DNA of 64,000 nt from an uncultured delta proteobacterium (GCA_963796685.1 CAWCMR010000008.1:544001-608000); one strand, 5' to 3'. Shown: positions 52,538 to 62,092, numbered from the stretch's first letter. Numbers and translations: made by a program. Notes: generated from the sequence alone by a model not told the origin.

Positions 52538-52599
52538 GATGTGCGTCAGGTGCTTGGGAGATGGTCCGTCGAACATCGGTCTTGGGATATCCAGCCTTG

Positions 52600-53199
52600 A
52601 TGACCCGCGGCCTGGAGCGGCCCCATCGGGATTCGAGCTGGTTGCGGCGGGGCGTAGTGCTCGCCCTGCTGGTCGGCATGGTCGGTGGTTGCAAGAGACC
52701 GGCGCTGGCCGCGCAAGATGCGCGGAATGCGAAGGCGGCCGGAGAGTCCCCGAAGGCGTCCAAGACCGATACGTCGCCCGGCTATCCCGTGGACACGCGC
52801 CCACCCAAGGACTTCTTCAACGACCGGCTGCTGCGCACCTTGGCGCGTGAGGCATCGGCCACCGTCGTCTGTCGCTTGTCGAGCTTGACCGATGTCTTCC
52901 CCGAGCACCGCAATCCCGACATTTTTTACGATGCCACCTGCGACGTGCTCGAGGTGCTCGCCGATTCCCTCGCCGGTTCTCTCGATGGGAAGCCCCTGCA
53001 CTTCATCTGGCAAGTCGAGCGGGATGCCCGCATGCCGCCGCCCCAGTCCGAGCTCCTGGTGTACCTCAAGGCGCGCAAGGAACCACTCGACGGTCCGCCT
53101 GCCTTGAAGTGGGTCGCGCTCGACACGGGGGTCATGCGCTACACGCCCGCGCTGCGGGACAGGATGCATCGCCAATCCAAGAAGACGAAGAAGAAATAG
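52600..53199 (+). CDS. Hypothetical lipoprotein
   Basis: Hydrophobic stretch ending VGGC; host-like codon usage. Confidence 0.6.
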   Translation: MTRGLERPHRDSSWLRRGVVLALLVGMVGGCKRPALAAQDARNAKAAGESPKASKTDTSPGYPVDTRPPKDFFNDRLLRTLAREASATVVCRLSSLTDVFPEHRNPDIFYDATCDVLEVLADSLAGSLDGKPLHFIWQVERDARMPPPQSELLVYLKARKEPLDGPPALKWVALDTGVMRYTPALRDRMHRQSKKTKKK

Positions 53200-53341
53200 C
53201 AGGCGCTGTGGGACGGGTCGCAAGCGGTCCACGGCGACTATTTCGATCGCGCCTCCCGCGTCTCGCTGTGGATGTCCGAGTAGTGTCGGCGTAGGCGTCT
53301 CTCAGCCCCTTGACGCTCAGGAGGCAAAGGCGTTACCGCTC

Positions 53342-54085
53342 TCAACGCAAGTCTCGACGCTCTTTCCGGGCGCTCCGCCCCTGTGGCCGATCGATCTTGG
53401 CAAGCGCCGACCATTCCCGCTCGCTGGCCGAGCTTGCCGCAAGCGAAAGAGGCACGTCGTGCCGAAAGGCATAGCGCACGAGATCCGCGCTGGAATGGGC
53501 GGCCAGTTTTTCGTTGATGTGGGCACGATGGGTTTCGACGGTCTTGGCGCTGATGCACAGCTCGCGCGCCACCGCCTTCGTGGTGAAGCCACGCACGACA
53601 AGGTCGAAGACCTCCCGTTCACGCAGGGAAAGCTGCTCCAGCGGATCGCCGTCGATCCCTTCCTCTTCGTCGGCGATCCGAAGCGCAGAGCCCGTCCTGC
53701 GCAAGGCTTGGGATAGGTAACGGTGACCCGCCTCCAGGCTGGCGAGGGCCGCGAGCAGCGTCTCCGTCGATTCGTCCTTGGTCATGCACGCGTCGATCCC
53801 TTCGAGCCATGCCGCCTGCAACAAGCGACGCTCCTTGCACCCGGTGAGGACGAGGAGCTTGCAGCCCTGCTGCAATCTTCGAATTTCCCGCGCCGCCGTA
53901 ACCCCGTCCACACCCGGGAGCAGAAGCTCCATCATCACCAGGTCCGGGTGCAGGCGGCAGACCATTTCGTAGGCCTCGCGGGCGTTCGCGGCTTGCCCCA
54001 CGACCTCCATGTTACCCCCTGCGCGCAGTAGCGCGCACAGGCCCTCCCGAAACAGTCGCTGATCGTCAACCAACAACACGCGCAT
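53342..54085 (-). CDS. NarL/LuxR-family response regulator
   Basis: VLLVDD receiver (phospho-Asp position reads E in LVMME), LSLREREV..G.TTK.VA.EL.IS.KTVETHR HTH. Confidence 0.92.
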   Translation of the reverse strand: MRVLLVDDQRLFREGLCALLRAGGNMEVVGQAANAREAYEMVCRLHPDLVMMELLLPGVDGVTAAREIRRLQQGCKLLVLTGCKERRLLQAAWLEGIDACMTKDESTETLLAALASLEAGHRYLSQALRRTGSALRIADEEEGIDGDPLEQLSLREREVFDLVVRGFTTKAVARELCISAKTVETHRAHINEKLAAHSSADLVRYAFRHDVPLSLAASSASEREWSALAKIDRPQGRSARKERRDLR

Positions 54086-54146
54086 GCTGGCGCCTCTAAA
54101 CCCCAGGCAGGTTGATCTGGCAGGTGGGCATCGTCCTGTCAACCGA

Positions 54147-54662
54147 TCAGTCGCCAAGCAAATGCGTGACCAATGCCCAAAGCTGTTCCATGCCAAAAGG
54201 TTTGCACAGAACCGCGTTCGCTCCGTGCTCAATCGCGCGCATAGCCAAGAAATCCGAATGGCGACTCGTGGTCAGGATGACCTTGGGCATCTTGGGCATG
54301 CTCTGAAGCTCGCGAAGGAGGTCCATGCCCGGCAGGTCGTGCAACCCCATCTCCGAGATGACCACATCCACCAGCCCCGACCGAACCAACGAAAGTCCAT
54401 CCCGTCCGCGGGTGGCCAGTGCCACTGTCGCGCCGGACTGACGAAACTCTTCGAGCAGCCAGTCGCCAAAGTCCGCATCGTCCGCAATGACGAGAATGCG
54501 CCGCCCGCACTGGTGGCGAGCGGCCCGAGCAGGAGGCCGGGGCAATTCTTCCCCCGCGCCGGTCCCCGCCAATCTCGCCAGCCAAACCCCAGGCGGTCGC
54601 CCGCCAGGGAAGGAAACCTGAGATTCCACATCCATGAGCTTGTCCTGTTCTCCACCCGTCAT
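54147..54662 (-). CDS. Single-domain atypical response regulator
   Basis: ILVIADD, VVISE (Asp replaced by Glu), GMDLL, KPF; GAGGA RBS. Confidence 0.8.
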   Translation of the reverse strand: MTGGEQDKLMDVESQVSFPGGRPPGVWLARLAGTGAGEELPRPPARAARHQCGRRILVIADDADFGDWLLEEFRQSGATVALATRGRDGLSLVRSGLVDVVISEMGLHDLPGMDLLRELQSMPKMPKVILTTSRHSDFLAMRAIEHGANAVLCKPFGMEQLWALVTHLLGD

Positions 54663-54685
54663 GACTTCCTCTTTCGCATCCCGTG

Positions 54686-54735
54686 GATCGGATAGGCGAG
54701 AGGGTTCATGATGCGTTCCTCTCGCCTACCCGATC
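54686..54735. promoter_or_regulatory. 18-bp stem hairpin in the leader of the response regulator pair
   Basis: gatcggataggcgagagg-N14-cctctcgcctacccgatc (one mismatch). Confidence 0.5.
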
Positions 54736-55064
54736 TCCTCCACCCCCCCCACAAGCGAGGCTATTACCCTATTGCCACTCCCGGTGCGCCAGTGCGATCG
54801 ACATCTACGTGTCTAGGCTCTCTCGTCCACAGGGAGAACGGTCGTATTAGTAGCGCAGCCCCAGGGCTTTGCCATAGGGATGAGTCTGTATTTTCTAGAA
54901 ACAACGCGTGCAGGTCGTCCATGGTGAAGAGTTTCTGCAGGGTGCCGGCAAGGCCGGGCTCGCGGTACCGGGACATGGCACATCTGCGTCGATCGAAGAT
55001 CCTCATCGGGGGGATAGCGCTCCTGGACCGTGGCCGCCCGCCAGCGAGCTGGTATCTTGGGATC

Positions 55065-55235
55065 ATGTCACCGCTGCATGGCCGCGTTCAAAACGGCCGA
55101 ATCATCGTTCAGGAGCATGTCGATCTCCCTGAGGGGACCGAGGTTCGCCTCGAGATCGTCGAGCACGAGGAGGACCGCGATGGACTCGACGACCAGGATC
55201 GGGCTCGCCTCGAAGCTGCCATGGACGAAGACTGA
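55065..55235 (+). CDS. Small AF2212/DUF104-like antitoxin-type protein (possibly truncated, no toxin)
   Basis: LHGRVQNGRIIV...DLPEGTEVRL followed by an acidic tail. Confidence 0.6.
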   Translation: MSPLHGRVQNGRIIVQEHVDLPEGTEVRLEIVEHEEDRDGLDDQDRARLEAAMDED

Positions 55236-55266
55236 CAGACGCCCTGTCCATGATACAAGATCCGCC

Positions 55267-56054
55267 GTGAGCCTCGGTCGGCGCAAGGTCGGTCTCGATG
55301 ATCCCACGCGGTGGGTGTTCAATCGCATGGCCGACGTCTACGATGCGCGTCCCGCCTACCCGACTGCGCTGATCGAGGCGCTGGCCGACCTGGCCGCTGG
55401 CCCGCGCGTGGGCGATCTGGGCGCGGGGATCGGGCACGTCGCGCTGCCCCTGGCCGAGCGGGGGTTCGAGATCGTCGCCGTCGAGCCGGCGCAGGCGATG
55501 CTGACTCGGCTGCGCGCGGAGGCGCGCAAACGCCGGCTGAAGGTACGCGCGATCCACGCGGCGGCCGAGGCCATGCCTCTCGATGCGGGCAGCCTGGATC
55601 TCGCGGTGGTGGCGGACGCGCTTCACTTCCTGGACGCCGAGCTCATCGCCAAGGAGATTGCACGCGTGCTTGCCCCCAGGGGCGCGCTGGCCATCGTGAG
55701 CTGCGAGCTGCGCCAAGACGCCGTTCATGCGAAGCCTGGTGGAGCTGCATCGAGTCGGCGGTGCCGCGGCGGCCACGCAAGCTGGACCAGAACCTGGTTC
55801 AGGTGGCGGCAATCACCGGCGTCCGCTTCGCGCACCCACGCCAGTTTCACGACGAGACGCCGGTGGATGGCGATACCCTCGAACGCATCTTACGTTCCAT
55901 TTCGTTCATCGGACCGGCCATGAACCCGGCGCGCTTCGCCGCCTTTCGCGCGCGCGTTCGCTCCCTTCCGGACCGGCCGGCGTGGGCGCGAACCTTCACC
56001 TTGCGCGCGGGTCGGCGCCACCGCCCATCCCGGGGTAAGCTACAGCGGCGATGA
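55267..56054 (+). CDS. Class I SAM-dependent methyltransferase; two 1-bp insertions (~55710, ~55747)
   Basis: YDARPAYP, DLGAGIG, AVEP, AEAMP, ALHF; repaired junction reads ELAKTPFMRSLVELIESAVPRR. Confidence 0.85.
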
Positions 56055-56650
56055 GCGAATCCGATCGGCGCCTACCGGCAAGACGCATCGACCCCGAAGC
56101 GCGCGAGCGCGTGGCGCACGCGCTGGCCCACAACTTCGCCGCCGATCACCTCGACGCCGATGAGCTGGAGTCTCGCCTGGCGCGGGTCTACGCTGCCACG
56201 ACTCCGACAGAGCTGGAAAGCATCGTCGCGGACCTGCCTGCGGTGGCCCAGGCGTCCGCAGCGGTAGTGCCGGCCAAGGCGCCCGAGGCTCACCGCATCT
56301 CCGCCCTCTTCTCGGCCCAGGAGCAGCGCCTGACCGGCGCGGTTCCGCGCCGCATCGAGCTTCGCGGCAGCCTCGGTTACATCGAGCTGGATCTCACCCA
56401 GGCGACGTTCGAACCGGGGCTCACCGAGATCGACGTGCGCGCGTTCATGGGCTACGTCGAGATCCGTTTCCCGGCCGGCGTGCGGGTCGAGAGCGGCGGC
56501 CATGCGCTGTTCGGCTTCTTCTCGCTCAAGGGCGGCTCGAGCACCGACCCATCGCCGAGCGTGGTCAAGATCACCGGCCGCGCGACCTTCGGCTATGCGG
56601 AATTTTTCGTGAAGAGAGACAAGAAGGCGTTGCCACCCACTTCGGAATGA
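56051..56650 (+). CDS. DUF1707 + LiaF/DUF2154-like protein
   Basis: RERVAHALAHNFA...L..DELESRL..VY.ATT..EL..IVADLP; G.IELDL, AFMGYVEI. Confidence 0.85.
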   Translation: MSESDRRLPARRIDPEARERVAHALAHNFAADHLDADELESRLARVYAATTPTELESIVADLPAVAQASAAVVPAKAPEAHRISALFSAQEQRLTGAVPRRIELRGSLGYIELDLTQATFEPGLTEIDVRAFMGYVEIRFPAGVRVESGGHALFGFFSLKGGSSTDPSPSVVKITGRATFGYAEFFVKRDKKALPPTSE

Positions 56651-56653
56651 GTC

Positions 56654-57808
56654 TCACATCGCCCGAACTGTCGGCGGATGGAGGGTGCCTATCGCGGTGG
56701 CAGCGATCTGAAACAGGTTGAGCGCGCGGGCGCGGAACTGGGCGGCGCTGGTCAGAAGGTAGAACTTCCACATGCGGTAGAAAGGGTCGCCGTAGCGCGC
56801 GCGCAGGGTCGGCCAAGCCCGATCGAAGTTCGCCCACCAGGCCATGAGGGTACGGTCGTAGTCGGGGCCGATGTTGTGAACGTCCTCGATAACCAGGATC
56901 TTGTCCATGGCCGTCGCCAATTGGCCCAGGGTGGGGATGACCGCATTGGGGAAGATGTACTTGTGGTACCAAGGATCGATCTGGGCGCGCGGTTCTTGGC
57001 CGCCGATGGTGTGGATGAAGACGATGCCCCCAGGCGCGAGGCAGCGCGCCGCCAGCTCCATGTACGCGCGATAGTTCTTGGGGCCGACGTGCTCCATCAG
57101 CCCGATGGAGACGACGGCATCGTAGCTGCCGCTGGCCTTGCGGTAGTCGTCGAGCCGGATCTCGACCGGCAACTTGGCGTGGCGCTCTTGGGCAAAGGCC
57201 CATTGCTCGCGCGACACGGTGTAGCCGACGACGCTCGCCCCATAGCGTTCGGCGGCGAACGCCGCGAAGCCGCCCCAGCCACAACCGAGGTCGAGAACGC
57301 GCATACCTGGCCGGGCGCCGATCTTGCGACAAACCAGGTCGAGCTTGGCCTCCTGGGCGGCGTCCAGGTTGTCCGCGTTTTTCCAGTACGCGCAGGTGTA
57401 GACCATACGCGGGTCGAGCATGGCCTGGTATAGGTCGTTGCCCACGTCGTAGTGTCGTTTGCCCACTTCGAAAGGCCGCGCGGCCTGCAGGTTGCGGATG
57501 CGCGCCTTGATCGCATTCGCCAGCAAGACCCAGCTCTCGCTCAGCACGAGGTCGACCTGCGCGCGGGTGACCCGCTCGAACATCTGGTCGATGGCCTGGC
57601 AGTCCCACCAGCCCTCGACGTAGGACTCGCCGATCCCGAGCGTGCCGTCGCGCAGGGCGCGCGCGTAGACGCGTTGATCGTGAATTTGGACGTCCCACGG
57701 AGCGTCGCCGCCGATGCTGACACCGGCGCGCTGGAGAAGCTCGCGCACGGTTTCGGCCGCGCGACGCTCGTCGAAGATCGACAGTAGCCTCCGTGCGCGT
57801 CCAATCAT
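56654..57808 (-). CDS. cfa: Cyclopropane-fatty-acyl-phospholipid synthase family methyltransferase
   Basis: HYDVGNDLY, YTCAYW, AQEAKL, LDLGCGWG, EHVG, KYIFP, RMWKFYL; ATGA overlap with the upstream gene. Confidence 0.93.
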   Translation of the reverse strand: MIGRARRLLSIFDERRAAETVRELLQRAGVSIGGDAPWDVQIHDQRVYARALRDGTLGIGESYVEGWWDCQAIDQMFERVTRAQVDLVLSESWVLLANAIKARIRNLQAARPFEVGKRHYDVGNDLYQAMLDPRMVYTCAYWKNADNLDAAQEAKLDLVCRKIGARPGMRVLDLGCGWGGFAAFAAERYGASVVGYTVSREQWAFAQERHAKLPVEIRLDDYRKASGSYDAVVSIGLMEHVGPKNYRAYMELAARCLAPGGIVFIHTIGGQEPRAQIDPWYHKYIFPNAVIPTLGQLATAMDKILVIEDVHNIGPDYDRTLMAWWANFDRAWPTLRARYGDPFYRMWKFYLLTSAAQFRARALNLFQIAATAIGTLHPPTVRAM

Positions 57809-59031
57809 GCCGGACCGTCCGTTGTGCGACCGCGCCCCAGCCACCGGTCGGCCCCGGCCAAGGCGACGTCGATGAGATGGGGCGCGGGCAGTCGGGCGCC
57901 CGAAAACAACCAGGCGAAGCCCGAGCTGACAGCGTGCCTGGATTTTCGCGAGAGGAACCCATGGGGAGGCGCCACGGGAGGTGCTACGGGACGCGCGGGC
58001 GAAGAGCGCGAGAAGCGGCTGCGCAAGACGCTGGCGGTTTCACGCAGTCGAAAGACGCGCCGGTAGTCCGCCAGCACCGGATGCGCGGCAAGACGGGCGG
58101 GATAGCTCGCGGGCTCACCCACCACGATCGCCTCGGCGAGCAGGCGGCCCGAGAGTGCCGCGGGCAAGATCCCCTCGGCGGTGATCGGTTGCGCCAGGCC
58201 CAGGCTGTCGCCGACGAGATAGACGCCGCACCTGCCGTCGTCCAAGAGGCGCGCGGCCCCGCGCAGGTGCTCCGGGTGGTAGAGGAAGTACGAGTACCCC
58301 TTCATGGCGTCCAGCTCGGGTTCCGAATCGGCGGGCACGTGGCCGGCGGCGCGAAAATTTGCGCGCGCGCCCTGCCAGGCGGCCCGGACGTCCTTGGGAT
58401 CCACGGTGCCGGTGCCGATATTCAACCATTCGGTCTTGGGAACGTTCCAGGAATAGCCGGACAGATCGTCGTGCAGAAGCAATTCGGGCTCGCCGTCCCG
58501 GCCCAGGCGCGTGCGGGCGATCGCGGCCGGATCGGCGCGAAACTCGTGTTCTTGCACACCGACCGGCCCCATCGGTCGCGGCGGCGGGAACAGGCGCGCG
58601 ACCGGGCAGTGTGTGCCTCCCGCGCCCACCAGGTGGCGCGCACGCAGACCGGCGACCGACCACAAACCGTCCCCGTCGCGCACGATCTCGCCCACCGAAA
58701 CTCCCAGGTGAAGCTCGGCGCCGCTCGTGCGCAGGAGGAAATCGTCGAACTCGAAGCGACGAACGAACCACCCGTGGCACGCGATGGCGCGGTCCTCACC
58801 GCCGTAACGAACGTGGCAGGTGCGCCATTCCCAGCGCCCGCCGGGATAGTCGTACGGCGACAGCTCGAGCACGTCCCAGATGGGCGGCGACAGCCAGCCC
58901 GAGCACAGCTTGACCCTGGGAAACTGCGCGCGATCCACCACGGCGACGTGCAGACCGGCCCGGACCAGGAAGCGCGCGCAGGTGCTTCCCGCCGGCCCGC
59001 CGCCAACGACAATCACATCGAGGACATCCAT
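57805..59031 (-). CDS. Geranylgeranyl-reductase-family FAD oxidoreductase
   Basis: VVGGGPAGS, FPRVKLCSG, RRFEFD, GYSW..PK, LVGD..G...P.TAEGI. Confidence 0.88.
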   Translation of the reverse strand: MDVLDVIVVGGGPAGSTCARFLVRAGLHVAVVDRAQFPRVKLCSGWLSPPIWDVLELSPYDYPGGRWEWRTCHVRYGGEDRAIACHGWFVRRFEFDDFLLRTSGAELHLGVSVGEIVRDGDGLWSVAGLRARHLVGAGGTHCPVARLFPPPRPMGPVGVQEHEFRADPAAIARTRLGRDGEPELLLHDDLSGYSWNVPKTEWLNIGTGTVDPKDVRAAWQGARANFRAAGHVPADSEPELDAMKGYSYFLYHPEHLRGAARLLDDGRCGVYLVGDSLGLAQPITAEGILPAALSGRLLAEAIVVGEPASYPARLAAHPVLADYRRVFRLRETASVLRSRFSRSSPARPVAPPVAPPHGFLSRKSRHAVSSGFAWLFSGARLPAPHLIDVALAGADRWLGRGRTTDGPA

Positions 59032-59112
59032 GGTCCGAAATCTAGCTCACGCCGCGCGAATTCCCAGGGCTGTGCGCAGCTCGGAAGCAACGTCGGCGGG
59101 GGTTCGGGGCGT

Positions 59113-60711
59113 CTAAGGACACACCTTGGCGCCACCCGTGGCGCGATAGGCGTTCGTCTTGCTGACGAAGTTGCCGCCGTCGGTTTCGGGGGTAGTCGGG
59201 CCGTCCGCACCGGCGCCGAAGTAGAGGCCCACGATGTGGGCCGCCACGACCTCGTCCATGTGCCCGAAAAAGTAGTCGAGTCGGTTGTCCTGGTAGTGAT
59301 ACTTCGTGTTGTCGAGGCTCATGTTGCCGACCGGGATCTGCCAGTACAACACGGGCAGGCCGAGACCCTCCGCGACCGCCTTCGTCCAGGTGAACGCCTG
59401 GTGGAAATCGGGCAGGGAGGCGTTGGTGTCGTCCCACCAGGTATCCCGGCCCTGCGTTTTTTCGTAGAAGCCGGCGTCGCGATCCGACACGTCGCTGACG
59501 ATGAAGTCCCCGTCCCTGGCGCCGAGCGCGGTCAGAAACGTCACCATCTTCTGCGCCTCGCCCGGCACGTCCAGCTTCGCATCGCTGTTGCCGAAGACGT
59601 CCATGCTGGTACCCCACGCCGACGCGTGCAGGCCGACCTTGGCATTGGGCGCGTAGACGCGCGCCATGTGGATCATGCATTGGGCGACCCCCGCGGCGCT
59701 GTTCTCGTAGCCCGCGCAGTCGGTTGCGTTGGCGTTCGCGACCATGGCCGGCACCTTGTGAGGATCCGAGCTCAGCTGTTCGACGTAACCCCAGAAGTCC
59801 GGCTCGATGTGCAGAAAGGCCACATGGGTTCCGATCTTCTGCAACACGAAGCGCCAGTCGGCCAGATAGCGCGTGAGAAAAGCCGCATCGTCGAGCGCGG
59901 CGACCTGTGCGGTTCCTTCGGTCAGGCCCGAGGTCTGCAGCTCTTCGTAGTAGGTGAACATCGGGATTTGTTTGGGCGACGCCTTCTCGTTGGTTCCGAC
60001 GAAGCCCTGGACGTATTGCCCGGGCGGATCTTGGTCGTACTGCCAGCAACCCCACCAAGCGCACGCGCCGCCGACGCAAGAGCTTCCACCCGCCGTGCAC
60101 CCCGTGGCGCAGGACGCGCAAGGCGCGCTCCCATCGAAGAGCCCGCCCGAAAGGTACAGGTATCTGCCGTCGAACGGCGCCTGGGCCGCGGTCGCATCCT
60201 CCATCGCTCCCCCGATGAGCACCGAGTCCTTGCCGAGCGACGCGAGGAAGGCCGAGCCGATGCACTCGCCCGGGCTGGTGGCGCCATCGCTGCCAGTCAG
60301 GCCCCCGCTGCCGGTAGAGCCATCCTTGCCGACAATCCCGCCCGCACCCACGCCACCGTCCATTCCCGTGTTTCCGCCCTTACCCGTCGCCCCGCCCGTG
60401 CCTGTCTTGCCGCCCGTGCCCACCATCCCACCGCCGCCTCCGCCTTTGCCGGTATCCCCGGCCGCGGGCGCATCGACGGGTGACCCGACGTCGCTGGCGC
60501 CACGGGCATCCGCGGTAGCGGAGGCGTCTCGCGTGCCTCCCGTGCTCACGACACCCCCCGTGCCCGTGCTCCCCGCCTGCCCGCCCGCCCCGCCTTCACC
60601 CGTCGTCGCGGCATCGATAGTCCCGCCGCTGGACGCCGAACAGGCGGCCCCCACGATGATGCTGGAGAGATACGCAAACAAGGCAGCGTGTTGAATCTGG
60701 CGACTCGTCAT
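59113..60711 (-). CDS. Secreted lipoprotein with Gly/Thr linker and putative glycoside hydrolase-like domain
   Basis: Lipobox GAAC, GGxTG repeats, domain with YLYLSGG, FTYY, HIEPDFWGY, WQIPVGN. Confidence 0.75.
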   Translation of the reverse strand: MTSRQIQHAALFAYLSSIIVGAACSASSGGTIDAATTGEGGAGGQAGSTGTGGVVSTGGTRDASATADARGASDVGSPVDAPAAGDTGKGGGGGGMVGTGGKTGTGGATGKGGNTGMDGGVGAGGIVGKDGSTGSGGLTGSDGATSPGECIGSAFLASLGKDSVLIGGAMEDATAAQAPFDGRYLYLSGGLFDGSAPCASCATGCTAGGSSCVGGACAWWGCWQYDQDPPGQYVQGFVGTNEKASPKQIPMFTYYEELQTSGLTEGTAQVAALDDAAFLTRYLADWRFVLQKIGTHVAFLHIEPDFWGYVEQLSSDPHKVPAMVANANATDCAGYENSAAGVAQCMIHMARVYAPNAKVGLHASAWGTSMDVFGNSDAKLDVPGEAQKMVTFLTALGARDGDFIVSDVSDRDAGFYEKTQGRDTWWDDTNASLPDFHQAFTWTKAVAEGLGLPVLYWQIPVGNMSLDNTKYHYQDNRLDYFFGHMDEVVAAHIVGLYFGAGADGPTTPETDGGNFVSKTNAYRATGGAKVCP

Positions 60712-60809
60712 GGGACCTCCCGATGCGGCTTGGCCGCTCGATCATCGCTCGCAGGCACGGTCGATGGCCAGCAAAATATCGGTGGCAACAATGCCGGTGC
60801 CTCCTGGGA

Positions 60810-60910
60810 GGAGGCGGGCAAGCCGGTCCCCAGCGCCACCGACGTGACCGTGGGCGGGCACACCTGGAACGTCTATCACCAGAACGGCGGCAGCAACGTC
60901 ATCTCCTCGG
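60810..60910 (+). pseudogene. Possible GH12 gene remnant
   Basis: GKPVPSATDVTVGGHTWNVYHQNGGSNVIS resembles the GH12 segment after the ELMIW motif; no start or continuation. Confidence 0.35.
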
Positions 60911-61170
60911 AACAACCTGAAAGCAAAACGGTGTCCACGCGCAAGGCTCATTCTCCTTGCGCGCGGGTCGGCCTTTGACAAGCTAAGCCCGTTCCAGGAA
61001 GGAGGCCGCATTGGAGGGTTCGACGTGTTCGCTCAGAAGCGGAGAGGTCCGGGCGTATCGCCCCGGGTTTCCCTGCCTCGCTCCGTCGCCTGCGGACGTT
61101 GGCCGGCCGCTGCAGGAGACGGCAGGGGCTTCCTCCCTGTTCACGTCCGTGCCGGCATATGGAGAAGAGC

Positions 61171-61590
61171 ATGACAAGGCCTATCACGAGGAAGTTGCAG
61201 TGGGTCCTGGGTTGTTTCCTGGGCACCGCCCTGGTCGGGTGCGCCCACTATGAACGGCGCACGGTCGCCATAGAGGAGACATTGGCAGCCGCAGGCTTTC
61301 AGAGGAAGCCTGCGGATACACCGGAAAAGCTGAAGCACGTCCTGGGCTTCCCTCAGCGCAAGGTCATCGTCGTCGAACGGCAAGGTCAGACGAAGTACGT
61401 CTGGGCCGACGCGAAGGATTGCAAGTGCCTCTACGTTGGCACCGAATCGCAGTATCAAGAATTCGCACGGCTGGCCTTGCAGCAGAAGATTGCCCATGAA
61501 AACTACGAAGCGGCGAAGTGGAACGACTCGGCTGCCTACGAATGGGGAACCTGGCAGCCGGACTGGGGTCCTGCATGGTGGTGGTGGTAA
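61171..61590 (+). CDS. Hypothetical lipoprotein
   Basis: GGAG RBS, LVGC lipobox, LAAAGF..KPADTP, YVWAD..CKCLYVG; Trp-rich C-terminus. Confidence 0.8.
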   Translation: MTRPITRKLQWVLGCFLGTALVGCAHYERRTVAIEETLAAAGFQRKPADTPEKLKHVLGFPQRKVIVVERQGQTKYVWADAKDCKCLYVGTESQYQEFARLALQQKIAHENYEAAKWNDSAAYEWGTWQPDWGPAWWWW

Positions 61591-61624
61591 GGCCGGGTGT
61601 GGTTCAAAGGACACCCGTCTCTAC

Positions 61625-62073
61625 ATCTCAACCAGAACGTGATTCTCCTGGGGACGTCCAACTGGGATCAGGATGTGGACGTGGCCGCCGCCGATCCCAT
61701 GGCGGGCGACACCAACATCATGTACACCCTGCACTTCTACGCCTGCGACCACAACTCGGCCGGCGGGCAGTTGCAGAAGGCGGAGATGGCGCTGGCCATG
61801 GGCTTGCCCATCTTCGTGAGTGAGTGGGGCGCCACCACGGCCGACGGCGGCGCCGGGGGAACTCCGGTTTGCACCGGCTACGCCGACGAGTGGCACAGTT
61901 GGATGGATAGCAACAACATCAGCTGGGCGGCCTGGAAGCTGGACGACTGTGACGGCCTGACGGTCGCCGATACCAGCTGTATCCTCAAGCTCGACGCACC
62001 CGTGACCGGTGGCTGGACCAGCGACTACCTGAACGGGCATGGGCCGTACGTGGTCGGCAAGCTGACCAAGTAG
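61625..62073 (+). pseudogene. C-terminal half of a GH5 cellulase (N-terminus missing)
   Basis: VILLGTSNWDQDVD..AADP, NIMYTLHFYA, LPIFVSEWG, ISWAAW; lacks the NEP acid/base motif and a start. Confidence 0.8.
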
Positions 62074-62092
62074 AGGGCGCGGCGCTGACGGC

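Noticed and set aside
57793-60483. 896-aa plus-strand ORF (and similar long ORFs such as 6545..8299, 19410..21158, 23524..25230, 42628..43920)
   Set aside because: Antisense shadows of well-supported genes on the opposite strand.
61005-61130. tRNA- or riboswitch-like structure (GGTTCGA plus hairpins)
   Set aside because: No cloverleaf, acceptor stem or known aptamer consensus; hairpins are expected at this GC content.
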